In this document: positions 12,471 to 24,518 of the stretch, piece after piece
Layout: the number at the start of each line of letters is the position of its first letter
How positions within the stretch are numbered: position 1 is the stretch's first letter
DNA from: Adineta vaga
Lineage: Eukaryota; Animalia; Rotifera
NCBI GenBank assembly: GCA_021613535.1
Contig: CP075492.1
Location: forward strand, 3,100,001-3,164,000
Length of the DNA: 64,000 bases
Reading direction: 5' to 3'
Notes under the pieces: generated by a model
What the model was told of the DNA's origin: nothing
The model's input: only the letters and a program-made list of their open reading frames with translations
Database searches by the model: none
Made by a program: the position numbers and the translations under genes

Positions 12471-13460
12471 TTATTTATTTTTATTTAATGAAGATAAAAA
12501 ATATTTAACTGAATCATAATGAATAAGACTTGTTGTCACTTCTGGTCTCTTTTCTTTGATTAATTTTAAAGCTTCTTCAGGTTTCATATGTTCATTTGCA
12601 ATTAAATGACAATAAACAATCGTTGCACTTCTTCCCATTCCAGCTTTACAATGAACAAATATATTTTCATTTTTTTCTAAAGCTTCTTTCATAAATTTCA
12701 TTGCTTTTACAATGGTTTGTCTCGACGGAGAAACAGTATCAATTGTTGGTAAATATAATTGTTTAATTCCATATTTTTCATAAGTTTTCTTTGGTCCACG
12801 ATATTCTGCACACATATTAACAACATTTTTTATGGAAATTTTATTTAATTCTTCAACATCAGATGGTAAAGGTAAACAACCTAAATAACAATGTTCGGAA
12901 ATTTGACTATATAAACAATTTAATGGATTGTTTAATAATTTAAAGATAAAAACTAAGAGAAAAGCAGGAATATCATATAATAAATGAATTAAATATCTTC
13001 GTTTATCATTTAGATCCATATCTTGTTGTGTTCGTGCAAATGATGTGATAATTAATGCATAGGGAAATAAATGTTCAATTCTTTTATAAGGAATTTTATC
13101 ATAACCAATTACATAAGAAATAAATCCAAGAAAAAGTCGTAAAATAAAAACATTCCATAAACTAATAAATAGAACATATAATAATAAACGAAATAAACCA
13201 TAATAAGAACGTTTTTGTCGTGGATAAGATCTATACCATTCAAATATTGAGATTAGAAGAATTGGTAAGTAATTTCCATAAGGATTATTTAAGAAATATG
13301 ATGTGAGGAAACTACATAAAAACATTATGATTACAACAATTATATTTTTAAAATTACGTTTAATAGGATCTTTTGTAAATTCAGCTTCAACATCATCTTG
13401 AACACCTAAATCGGATGATGGTAAAGTTTTTTCTTTTTCATCGGCTTCTCGATTTCGCAT
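12471..13460 (-). CDS. PTPMT1-like (phosphatidylglycerophosphatase-type) dual-specificity phosphatase with several N-terminal TM segments
   Basis: VHCKAGMGRSATIV catalytic loop, VVNMCAEY, LPTIDTVSP and IKEKRP. Hydrophobic N-terminal half. Confidence 0.85.
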   Translation of the reverse strand: MRNREADEKEKTLPSSDLGVQDDVEAEFTKDPIKRNFKNIIVVIIMFLCSFLTSYFLNNPYGNYLPILLISIFEWYRSYPRQKRSYYGLFRLLLYVLFISLWNVFILRLFLGFISYVIGYDKIPYKRIEHLFPYALIITSFARTQQDMDLNDKRRYLIHLLYDIPAFLLVFIFKLLNNPLNCLYSQISEHCYLGCLPLPSDVEELNKISIKNVVNMCAEYRGPKKTYEKYGIKQLYLPTIDTVSPSRQTIVKAMKFMKEALEKNENIFVHCKAGMGRSATIVYCHLIANEHMKPEEALKLIKEKRPEVTTSLIHYDSVKYFLSSLNKNK

Positions 13461-13949
13461 TTTGATTTATCTAAAATAGAAAAAATGATATATACTTTTT
13501 AACCTTTGTGAATATGTCCTTTTCTTTCACGAAGAATAACGAAGTATATTTCTATCTTATCTATGTAACGAATTAATCATGTGGAAATATTTCAATACAG
13601 AGTTAATTAAATAGATGTTTTTTTTTGTTTAATTCGTAGTTTTATAGATAGATCAATCTCCTCTATTTATAGAATAAAAAAGTTCAAAGAGGAGAGACTT
13701 TTTAAATGAATAATACAGAATCCAATAAGAAAGAATAACTAACATTTGAATCTGTCTAATAGTGACATCTGTTTTGAGTATGAGAAAATAGAATTATTAT
13801 TCATTGAAGATATATAAGTGATTGAAATGTTCTTGTAAATCAAGTTAGTAATAGTTCAAAAAATAAAAGTCTAGAATCAATGATTGAGTGAAGATATCAA
13901 ATAGAAAGTAAGTTTTTTAAGAATAAGTATAATCCGTCATGTTAAGTCC

Positions 13950-14470
13950 CATTGGAGTTGGTTGAAAATGTTCATAACATTTTAGATATTGATAGGGTAA
14001 ATTTTGTCCTTTTTCATTTCTCTTCTTGTCGAATGCTTGAATTTCACTTTCTGTTAGATTGATCATCTATATTCTAGTAAACATTGTAAAATTTCAGATT
14101 TATAATACTGCTTGATTTCGAACTACTTTTTTACATGGGAACACATTTCTAAGTGAAATAGAGTGCCAATTGTGTAAGCATAACAAGTTAAATTTATTTG
14201 CTCTTTTGCTTCAAAGGCTGAATTAGCACCATTCTTATATATTTATGCGAAGACACTCAACCAATCATGTTTAGTAAAACGTATAATTGCTTTTAGACAT
14301 ATACTGAACGACATTTGAAAATTCTTTAATCACATCAGGATAATTGACTTGGATAAAAAGATGACTATGACCAGAGGGAGGTAGTTCCCGGTTCTGCTCC
14401 AGAAGAACAGACATTGCTGAATGATTATTTTCCACTACACTACAAAGTTCTAACATATCACGGTGTGCCA
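13950..14470 (-). pseudogene. Degraded relic, possibly a papain-like peptidase
   Basis: EQINLTCYAYTIGTLFHLEM resembles a Q...CYA catalytic segment, surrounded by many stops. Confidence 0.25.
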
Positions 14471-15129
14471 TTGTCCAAGTATAGGATCGGTTTCATAATA
14501 TGATCATCGTCGGTTAGGGATATTTTCTGACGTTAGAAAGCAGACAAAGACAAGCACATTTTGATCGCAGAAGTTTCGAGCGAACCGTGTAGGATCTCTA
14601 TCGGAGTAATTCCGTAAATAAAAGGCTCAATGGAGTCGACTAGCGACGACAGCTGCATAGATATTAAAGGTTACTGAATTGTGAACGAGTCTGATGAACT
14701 GATGGTTACTTGTTTCAGGAGATTTACAGTAGATTGAAAAGTTTTACTTTTAGGTTCTAACATTATGTTTCTAATCTCACTACGATCGGTTGTCACAGTA
14801 CATGAAAAGAACGAAAAAGAATATAATTGAGTTACAGTTGAATGAGCAACGATTGATATCCATGTCTCGTCTTTCTGTCTATTGGATATCATCGAGAGAA
14901 TCAAAAAGAAAAAAAACTTTCATGCGCGTGAATATATCTGTACACATATAATCGATTAACGCGAGAATGTAAAATAAACCAGCGTCTTTAACAGGTATGT
15001 TCATTTTTTTAATCAAAAAATCTTATATTTAATTTATAAAAACAGATTTTGAACAAAAAAGGTAAATAATAATATTCAGAACAAATTTTCAACAAGTAGT
15101 ATTACTCATGTAATGGGTATAGATAACGA

Positions 15130-15600
15130 TTTCTCGCGTAATCGTTATGACCATTCAGCTGAACAACAATATTGCAATATATTTTATCATCGCAACGAAT
15201 GATAACCAAAACATTTATATTCGTATACTTTTATTAACCCAAATATTCAATCAAGAGATCAATCTAAATTAAAACCTTGGTATTTTTTTATTTTCAAAAC
15301 TATCTCGAGTGGTACTTTTAAATTTTTCTTCAAATATTTATCAGTCTCTATCTCGTGGTGTTCAATTCGATCTTCACCAAAATTATCTTTTTACTAAATC
15401 AATTATATATTTTATTGTATTCTCAGCAGAATTTCAAATTAAAAGCGAATGCAGATTTGCGAACTTTTCCATTGATTAACATACACCCTCAATACGGTAA
15501 CCACTGCAATTAGCATTATCGAATTTGAATAAATCCAAAATGTAATTGAATATGTTGATAGGTATTGCCGTACGATGATTCTTATTCATAACATAAATAC
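15130..15600 (+). pseudogene. Degraded mono-ADP-ribosyltransferase relic
   Basis: Fragments SRDQSKLKPWYF and SRGVQFDLHQNY match the DR..LKPW and YRGV..DL segments of ART domains. Multiple stops and frameshifts. Confidence 0.4.
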
Positions 15601-16811
15601 ATGAATTCATCATGTGTGCTTATATCAACAATAAAACTATGTTTTCAGTTTTCTTTTCTTTTTTTGTAATGAAATTCCAATGATTTTTATTATAATTAAT
15701 AAAAAATAGCACGTAATTGTCATCAATATATTTTCGCCGTTTTTTCTAAAGAAAATCAGTAGGATTTAATTAGGAATAATAAAAGACATGAAATATCTTA
15801 TCGTGATAGAAATCAACAGGGAATAAGCGGTTCCTCCTTGTCGAGCATCTTGAGTGTAGGTGAGGATGAGACAAATCCAATATCCATATTAACACTCAAA
15901 CTCATATCTCACTGAGAAAAGTCGCCGAAAATCTATTTCCACTAGTAATCTTTATTTTCCGAAAATTTTGTTCTCTTAGATGGAAATAGCGAATAAGTGA
16001 ATATGGGTGTGTCGCGAAAAATAGTTCATTTAAACTTACGTTTTATTAAATCTGATCTATTATAGGATTTTTTGACTATTATTATTATTATTATTATTAT
16101 TTATTTCTGTATTGGTAATTTTTATAGTTGTAAAAGATATCGGAAGTATTTTTCATATGGAGCTTAATTTATGGGTTTATTTCTATATTTCAACCTACTT
16201 TAACTAAAGACACCTGATTTTTTAACCCAGTTTTTCGTTTGATTTACGTCCGATAGATCGACATCTTCACCTTCAGATGATAGAAAATCTTGCGAGCACT
16301 CAAAATATTTTTATTTGCTGGTGTCATCAAATCAATTATTATACTTTGCAATGTTAATTCAAGTAGAGAAGATTTGAAATCTATTCATCACCATCGAGAA
16401 ATATTCTCTTTCCTTTTCATTATCTCCCGTATACAATTATTTTAATTGGAGTTCGAGAAATAAACTTCAAAGTCAAATCTTTCCAAACGATTGTAAGGGA
16501 CATTATAATAAACTTATTCTTTCGTTTTAATTAATGAGTTTCCTTTTTTCTTTCTTCTAGTCACGTTAGTTTTTTGTTCATCTCAAGCGAACTAATAAAT
16601 AGACTTCTCTCTAATGTCTCATGATTATATGTGTATATTTATCATAATGTCAAATGCAGATAATCTTGTACGCCATTTACTTACTTGACTCTTAATAATT
16701 CTATTAAACTCTCTTATCAACAGACACATCGACCACTCACATACAGTTGTATCCGCTTTGGACTAAATTGATAGATTGTTCTCTGACAAAATTCAATCTA
16801 ATTTATTTACG

Positions 16812-17813
16812 ATGTCTTCAAATTCATCAGACGCAGTTCTAATTGCCACTCTAGCTGCTATTTCGACCCAAATCAATCGTTATATGCCAATCATTATCTT
16901 TTTGTTTGGAACAATTGGTAATCTTCTCAACTGTTTGGCACTTTCACAACGAACACTTCGTTCCAATCCTTGTGCTTTGTTATTTTTGGCATCATCTATT
17001 GCTAGTCTTATTACATTGATTTCTGGCATTAGTGTTCGTTTTTTAACTGGTTGGTCTGCTGATCTAACAGAAACAATTGATTGGATTTGCAAAATCCGTT
17101 TCTTCGTTTTATCAGCGTCGAGAACCATTGCTTTCTGGTTGATTACATTAGCTATGGTTGATCGATGGCTTTCATCATCGATTGATGTTCATCGTCGACA
17201 AATGAGTACATTAAAGAATGCTCAACGAAGCGTTATTTTCATCATCATTCTCTCGAGCTTAGCATACGCTCATTACTTTTATTGTTTTGAAGCAAATCTT
17301 AAAAATACTCCGTTGAAATGTTATGGCAAAACAGTAATGTGTCGGCTTGCACACGATCTGGAATTTGCTTTGGTTACCGTTCTTATTCCTTCATCTTTAA
17401 TGATTATCTTTGGAGTATTGACCGTTTTTAATGTTCATCGATCTGCTATGCGTCGAGTTCGACCAATTGTCACAATACAAGTAATGCAAAGAGGTGTTGT
17501 CAAAGAAAGATTGCCACGAGTGAAGAAAATAGAACATCAACTTCTTGTTATGCTTAGTGTGCAAACTACTTTCGTTATACTCTTTTCACTTCCTCAAGTC
17601 AGTATTAGTCTTCACAGGGTTATTATTCTAGAGGGAACTAACTCTCCAGTTGCAAATGCCATTAGTAATTTTCTTCTGAATTTATTCATACTGTTTACTT
17701 ATATAACGAATGGAATGCCATTTTATGTGTACACATTAAGTGGCGGAACAGTTTTTCGTAGAGCACTGTGTGATGGACTACGGGGTTTTTTCCGAAAGAT
17801 CACTTGTCGATGA
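16812..17813 (+). CDS. Class A (rhodopsin-like) GPCR, paralog 1
   Basis: 7 hydrophobic segments, GTIGNLLN, LAMVDRW and MPFYVY. Likely start MSSNSS at 16812. Intronless. Confidence 0.9.
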   Translation: MSSNSSDAVLIATLAAISTQINRYMPIIIFLFGTIGNLLNCLALSQRTLRSNPCALLFLASSIASLITLISGISVRFLTGWSADLTETIDWICKIRFFVLSASRTIAFWLITLAMVDRWLSSSIDVHRRQMSTLKNAQRSVIFIIILSSLAYAHYFYCFEANLKNTPLKCYGKTVMCRLAHDLEFALVTVLIPSSLMIIFGVLTVFNVHRSAMRRVRPIVTIQVMQRGVVKERLPRVKKIEHQLLVMLSVQTTFVILFSLPQVSISLHRVIILEGTNSPVANAISNFLLNLFILFTYITNGMPFYVYTLSGGTVFRRALCDGLRGFFRKITCR

Positions 17814-18413
17814 AGTTTCTTTTATTAAAATTGAAAGAAAGGTCTCGGAAAATATCATCGACACCAAATCGATCTTCAATATGTGAACATAAATATCGAA
17901 CTCGAGGATGATTTGTTGGTATGATGATGTATGCATGGTAGTAACATTGACATCCTCGCACTCGATAATCTATTCTTGTAGTATACAGTGACGTTGGTAA
18001 TACTTCATGTTATTCAACTTTTGGTACAACTCGAACAATGTGTAATGGTGATTTTCTCAATTGTACGCGCAATGAATGTGCCACTCAAAGATCGTCTTCA
18101 TCTTTCAAATGTCTTATGTACGCATCCACGTTATATTCAATTACATCAATTTTTGGTATACCATCTTTTATGAAACTAGTCAGATAGTTGCGAAATGTAA
18201 TTGTATTCATTAGAGTACTTTATTAACTTGATGATTTTTATGATTCAAGAATAGATTTAATAAATATTCAGATTGAAAAAAATTCGTATAGAGACCATCT
18301 TGAGGATGGATGATTGATCTTGAATTTGATTTTGCTCGAAATAAACTACTATCACTTCATAGAAGTCCTCACATGCAATATATAAGAAGTATATCTTTGT
18401 GTATTTTATTTTC

Positions 18414-19772
18414 TTAATTTGTCTCATATGTCAGAAGATTAGTTTCTTCTTTTTGAGATCTCTTACGAACAATATTGATTATAGCATGACCTAATTGTTC
18501 ATATTGTTCAATAGAGTTATAGATATGTGCTGATATTCGAACGTATAAATTTCCATGAATAACTTTTATTGGTACTTCAATATTAAAACGATGATAAAGT
18601 TGATTTTGTATTATTTCCGCATGATCATATTTGAAATTTTCGTCTTCATCGAAAAAAGGTAATTTAATACAACGCATTGGACCTGATATATCATCTGATG
18701 TTAATTTCGATGTGTTCCACATATTTACTAAAAGATCACTTGCATCTTTCGCTAATTGTATATTACGTTTGATAATGATATTCATATCATAAAATGACCA
18801 AAATCGTAAACATTCATTTAATGCTAAGAAACTTGTATAATCTTTTAAACCAGTCCAAATAAATTCTGAATGTATACCAGAATGAATTCCATGTGATTGT
18901 ATAGATGAATGAATTGTTAGTTTAGTATTTGATTTAATATATAAAAGAGCAACACCCTTAGGTGCACAAAACCATTTATGACAATTAGTTAAATAAATAT
19001 CTGGTAAATAATCATCTTCGTAATCAAAATGTAAATCAATTGAACCAAGTGAATGTGCACCATCAATGATACATATAATATTGAATTGTTTACAATAATA
19101 ACAAAGATCATTTATTGGTAAAATAAATGGAGAATTACTTGAAATATGATCAAAAAATGCATGAGTAAATTCAGATGATTTTAAAATGAGTTTCATTTCA
19201 TCGAGAAGTTTATTAATATCATCAATTGGAAATTCAATTATAAATTCATAGAATTTAGCACCAGTTTCTAAACAAATCTTATGAAGAAGTTTTTTATAAG
19301 CACCATACATTGTATTCATAATAAATATGTGACTTTTATCATTTAGATTTAATGACTTTATTACAGAATTCCAAGCAAATGTAACATTTTCAACTAAGAT
19401 TACATTTTTCGGTGTTTTACAACGCAAAAATCTTGCCATTTTTCTAATAATATCTACTAATCTTGGTAATAGTTCTCGATCATAAAAACGTAGTGGTTGT
19501 TTTTCAATATAATATTGAAATGAATGTGAATATTCTAATGCTTGACGTAATACACAACCAAATGCTCCATGATTCATAAAGTTGTATGTATTATCTAATA
19601 GAAAATATTTTTCTTTCATTATATTTCCAAACGAAATTTTAAAATCATTTTCATAGTCATATAACGGAAATGGAATTGGTAATGAGATGAAATTATCATC
19701 CGTTAAATTTAATAATTCTTCAACATTTGAACTATGAAATGAACCAAAATCACGGCGGAGAATTGATGACAT
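18414..19772 (-). CDS. PLP-dependent class V aminotransferase-fold C-S lyase (isopenicillin N epimerase / Egt2 / L-cysteine desulfhydrase-like)
   Basis: FMNHGAFG, FDHISS, IIDGAHSLG, TNCHKWFCAPKG (Schiff-base Lys) and VRISAHIYN. Intact 452 aa. Confidence 0.9.
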   Translation of the reverse strand: MSSILRRDFGSFHSSNVEELLNLTDDNFISLPIPFPLYDYENDFKISFGNIMKEKYFLLDNTYNFMNHGAFGCVLRQALEYSHSFQYYIEKQPLRFYDRELLPRLVDIIRKMARFLRCKTPKNVILVENVTFAWNSVIKSLNLNDKSHIFIMNTMYGAYKKLLHKICLETGAKFYEFIIEFPIDDINKLLDEMKLILKSSEFTHAFFDHISSNSPFILPINDLCYYCKQFNIICIIDGAHSLGSIDLHFDYEDDYLPDIYLTNCHKWFCAPKGVALLYIKSNTKLTIHSSIQSHGIHSGIHSEFIWTGLKDYTSFLALNECLRFWSFYDMNIIIKRNIQLAKDASDLLVNMWNTSKLTSDDISGPMRCIKLPFFDEDENFKYDHAEIIQNQLYHRFNIEVPIKVIHGNLYVRISAHIYNSIEQYEQLGHAIINIVRKRSQKEETNLLTYETN

Positions 19773-20799
19773 TCAAATTTTGAGTTCTTTTTCTACAAGA
19801 AAGGATTAGGGGGTCAATAAACTTCTTTTGTTTGTTCAAGCCAGTGTGAGAAAGAAATGACTCCAAGGTAATTGAGAATAGTCTTGATGTATTACTTCTT
19901 TTTTTTTAATCAAATTCTTTCAGAAAAAAACTTAGTTCCTGCAGTCATCAAGAAGTAAAATATCAATGATCTATTTTTCACCATTTAATATGATAATGAA
20001 GACATTAGGGTTTTTTTCTTTTCGCCGAGAGCACAGAATAGAAACACAACATAAAACTAATTATGAAGCTTTTTATTTCTATCAATAGAGAGACCAATTT
20101 CAACAGTATAACGATGAAAATAACACCATGGAGAAAGAAGAGAAATGCATATCGTTGTACTTAATTTTCTTATTTGATTGTTTAATGATTGTTAATAAAA
20201 ACAACAATTTCAATCGAAAGTGAGAAACAAAGAAATGCTGAAATCATCGATACTTTCAGAACAATATATACAAAATTTCATGAGCTTTCAACATATATTT
20301 TCATAGTGAAAACAAAAAAAAAGATTTGTGTTTCATATTGAATTATGTTGTTTTTATTCACTGATGCGCTCAAATCAGGTATTACATTCTGCATGCACAC
20401 GATATCATATTTTGCAATGTTAATTCAAGTGGGAAGATTTGTAAAATACTCATGATAATCTAAGAATATTTCTTTCACATCTAATCATATTATAATGACA
20501 ATATAAAAGATAAAAATATCTGCACAATGTTTTTTAATTTCATGTGTAATTTGGTTTCTATTTTATCTTCCGGATGCAACTATTTTAATTGGAGTTTGAG
20601 AGAAACACTTCAAAGTCGAACATTTGAGTACAATCGAAACAATATTAAAATATGCTTTTTGCCTTATTTTAACTGCCGACTTTCCTTTTTTCTTTTTTCT
20701 TTCTTCTAGTCACGTTAGTTTTTTGTTCATTTCAAGTGAAATCATGAATAAGTTTCTTTGTAATATGTCCGACAGTTAGATGCGCAAAACATTGATCTA

Positions 20800-20801
<2 letters not shown>

Positions 20802-20830
<29 letters not shown>
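20802..20830. repeat. (TA)n microsatellite
   Basis: About 14 TA units; shorter in the duplicate copy near 29701. Confidence 0.9.
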
Positions 20831-20834
<4 letters not shown>

Positions 20835-20987
20835 TTATTATGATCTCAAATAAAAATAAACTTGTCCACCACTTTCTTCTTCAACTCTTTCATAAACAGA
20901 TAGATCAACCACTCACATACAGTTGTATCCGCTTTGGACTAAATTGATAGATTGTTCTCTGACAAAATTCAATCTAATTTATTTACG

Positions 20988-22004
20988 ATGTCTTCAAATT
21001 CATCAGACGCAGTTCTAATCGCCACTCTGGCTGCTATTTCGACCCAAATCAATCGTTATATGACAATCATTATCTTTTTGTTTGGAACAATTGGTAATTT
21101 TCTCAACTGTTTGGCACTTTCACAACGAACACTTCGTTCCAATCCTTGTGCTTTGTTATTTTTGGCATCATCTATTGCTAGTCTTATTACATTGATTTCT
21201 GGTGTTGGTGTTCGCTTTTTAAGTGGTTGGTCTGCTGATCTAACAGAAACAATTGATTTTCTCTGTCAAATTCGTTTCTTCGTTTTATCAACTTCGAGAA
21301 CCATTGCTTTCTGGTTGATTACATTAGCTATGGTTGATCGATGGCTTTCATCATCGATTGATGTTCATCGTCGACAAATGAGTACATTAAAGAATGCTCA
21401 ACGAGGTATCGTTTTCATCATCATTCTCTCAAGTCTAGCACATGCTCATTACTTTTATTGTTTTGAGGCTAATCGCCAAAGTACTTCGCAAAAATGTTAT
21501 GGCAAAACAGTATTATGTCGTTTTGTATACGATCTGGAATTTGCTTTGGTTACCGTTCTTATTCCTTCGTTCTTAATGATTATCTTTGGGCTATTGACCG
21601 TTTTTAATGTTCATCAATCTGCTATGCGTCGAGTTCGACCAATTGTCACAATACAAGTAATGCAAAGAGGTGTTGTTAACAGAAAATCGCCACGAATTAA
21701 GAAAATAGAACATCAACTTCGTGTTATGCTTTGTGTGCAAACTACTTTCGTTATTCTCTTTTCACTTCCTCAAGCTATTTTTAGTCTTTACACACTTATC
21801 GGTCAAGGGGGAACTAAATCTCCAGTTACAAATATCATAAGTGTTCTTCTTCTCAATTTATTCGTACAATTTACTTATATAACGAATGGAATGCCATTTT
21901 ATGTGTACACATTAAGTGGCGGAACAGTTTTTCGTAAAGCACTGTTTGATGGACTACGAGATGTTTTTCGAAAGATGACTTGCCGATGCAGTTCTCCCGC
22001 TTAA
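20988..22004 (+). CDS. Class A GPCR, paralog 2
   Basis: Intact ORF highly similar to paralogs 1 and 3. Confidence 0.9.
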   Translation: MSSNSSDAVLIATLAAISTQINRYMTIIIFLFGTIGNFLNCLALSQRTLRSNPCALLFLASSIASLITLISGVGVRFLSGWSADLTETIDFLCQIRFFVLSTSRTIAFWLITLAMVDRWLSSSIDVHRRQMSTLKNAQRGIVFIIILSSLAHAHYFYCFEANRQSTSQKCYGKTVLCRFVYDLEFALVTVLIPSFLMIIFGLLTVFNVHQSAMRRVRPIVTIQVMQRGVVNRKSPRIKKIEHQLRVMLCVQTTFVILFSLPQAIFSLYTLIGQGGTKSPVTNIISVLLLNLFVQFTYITNGMPFYVYTLSGGTVFRKALFDGLRDVFRKMTCRCSSPA

Positions 22005-22891
22005 TTATGAGAAAGATCTGCAGATTGGTTATAAATTGGGTAGGATGTGCGTGTGGTAAAAACATCGAATCAATGTATAGCTTCTTCATCCATACCTTCA
22101 AGCGAAATCTTTATGTGTGTGTGAATAAGTATTTATGAAGAATCATGCTGACTAAATTTCACGATTTGAAAGATTATAATAAAGAATGAAAAACTGATTT
22201 CTCTATTTGTCATAAAAACCATCTTGAGTAGTCATTTATTTAACTAAGAGATATTCAAGGTTCTAGATTTTATGATACTGACAATTAGAGTATGTTCGAA
22301 GCATAGAAAAAAGTTCAGATGATGCCAGACGACGTATGAGTAGTAAGTCCAATAATAGTTTACTCAAATCTAACTAATAAATCTGAGTTTATAATCGATA
22401 ATACACGTCAAGTGATGAATAATATTCTGGCTTAGATATATTTGAGTCCGATTCGTTCTCAGACCAGAAAAAAACTTAGAAAAATATTCTGATGGCAGTC
22501 TTTGTCAGAAAACTTCAAAACTAAACAGTGCAGTAGCAATGTTTAAAGAAATGGTTCGATGATGGAATGTCATGTTCAATTTTTGTATATGTCAATGGAT
22601 TTTAAATAAAGTGGTACAAACAATTGCTCTAGGACAACGTGAACAACTAGTGGAAATATCGAAACGCAACTTAGGTAGCAAGGGTGGGCGTGGGTGAGAT
22701 AGGAGAGAATAACGACACCTTCACCCATTCCCACTTATGCTCCTACTTCTTCTGCATTGAATAAAGTATTTAGTATTAAAATTTTCTTCCAAATTTTTCA
22801 ATCATAATATTTTCTATTTTTGAATTTCAAGAAAACATATAAAAAACTAATTCTAAAAGTAAATAAATTATTTATCACTTTTTTTTCTAGA

Positions 22892-24061
22892 TTACAGCAC
22901 GTCATAAAATAAATATCGTGTGTGTTCATAGGTTATGAATAAGGTACCTGTAGCAAGAAAAGTTCGTATAAGTGTCGGAAGTAAACCTGTATAAAGAGCC
23001 ATAAAACCTGTTATGAGAAATATAATATTTTCGATTTTTTTAACGTCGGAATATTTTTACCTTCATTTCGTATGATTTCTAATGTATATCTCGAAAAATT
23101 TACAGTTGGTTTAAATACTTGTATACGGGATTTAACAACATCAACAGGAAACATAACTACCCAAAAACAAACACCAGCCATTCCACCAGAAATCCATGTC
23201 TTGAAAAAACCTATTTGAAAATAAAGATTTCAAATAAATTTCTTCATCAAAATCTATTCTTATACCAATGTCAACTTTTCTCTCATATTCGTTCATTAAA
23301 ATTGATCGTGTAAATTCATAACCACCAAAAAAACACGCATTACCAGGACACTCACGTGCTAATGTTGCTGTCAATCCACGAAATAAACCACGTATACCTT
23401 CTGTACGAAGTATATCGCGAGTGACATCTATCGGTGAGCTATTCACAAAAAAAAGAAGATTTAAACTTTTACTTGAGAAAATATCAATCACATTATTTTA
23501 TGCTTTCGAATATCAGAACAATTCGATGTTTTACTCATTGGCATATCATCCAATGTTTGTAATCGACATTTGACTAATTCTGTAGGACATAAAACTAACG
23601 ATGAAAATACTGAACCAACACTGCCAGCGAGCATATTTTCAAATGTTGTCAATTGTTCATGATTTTTTTTATTGGTTAATGAACAAATTAAACGTTGACA
23701 TTGACCATAAGCCATAAATAGAATTCCATTTTCTAAATTTTGCATAAAAATAAGAATATATAAAAAAAACGAAGTGCTCCATAGTAAAACCTGCAATATT
23801 TCCAACTAAAGATGGAACAGTTCCAGCATAAAATCCATGTACACCAGTTTCGAAATATATCTTCTTCGCACAGTCATAAAAATTATGGTATTGATTTGGA
23901 AACGTTTGTAATTTTGTTTTAATTGTGTCTAATGGTTGTCCAACATAAACTGATGATACTGCACCTTTATTAAATATTTCGAATTTTTTCTTTTATTTAA
24001 ATAACAAATCTTTCCTACCGACAATTCCACCTAGACAGTCAATCAATGCATCAGCATTCAT
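22892..24061 (-). CDS. Mitochondrial carrier (SLC25), ornithine transporter SLC25A15-like, multi-exon
   Basis: MNADALIDCLGG..., carrier signatures GQPLDTIKTKLQ and CPTELVKCRLQ, plus ENGILFMAYGQCQ, ARECPGNACFFGGYE and RTFLATGTLFITYE. Several short GT-AG introns. Confidence 0.88.
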
Positions 24062-24518
24062 GTTATATCATGAATTGTTTGATTTATTTAGTTCCAGAAT
24101 ATACCCACAACTCAGAGTGACTCATCCGACCAATAACAAAAATATACATTTTGTTATGGCGGCACCACATACTAAACTTCTTTTTTTTTTGAGAATTCTT
24201 TGAAGCAATTTATCTACATAATCAATAAATTATATATTTTATCTTGATCTCATTCGTTAAATTAAGTGTTGTTTATAAGATTTGAATTGAAGAAGGACTA
24301 TGAGAGTCTAATAATGGCTGAATCAAACTAATTGGATTCTATAACAATAACAGAAATGACAGAAATGATGGTTGTTGATAAAAGAGAAACTGTGTGATGT
24401 GTATTTCTTGAATGAAAGGAATACTTTCAAAAATAAGGGTGTGAGTTAAGAGCAGATACTCTCACCTTCACCCACATCCAAATGATATATGGATATAAGA
24501 AGGAAAAAAATATATAAA

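Larger units (their letters stand above)
19845..22270 (+). repeat. Segmental duplication copy A (about 2.4 kb: GPCR plus flanks); pairs with 28662-31129
   Basis: Long near-identical non-coding stretches, e.g. about 20110-20800 vs 29010-29700, and a shared 3' flank. Confidence 0.95.

Noticed and set aside
17900-18190. Cys-rich fragment (SCYSTFGTTRTMCNGDFLNCTRNEC)
   Set aside because: No start or splice structure could be supported; possibly a relic but unassignable.
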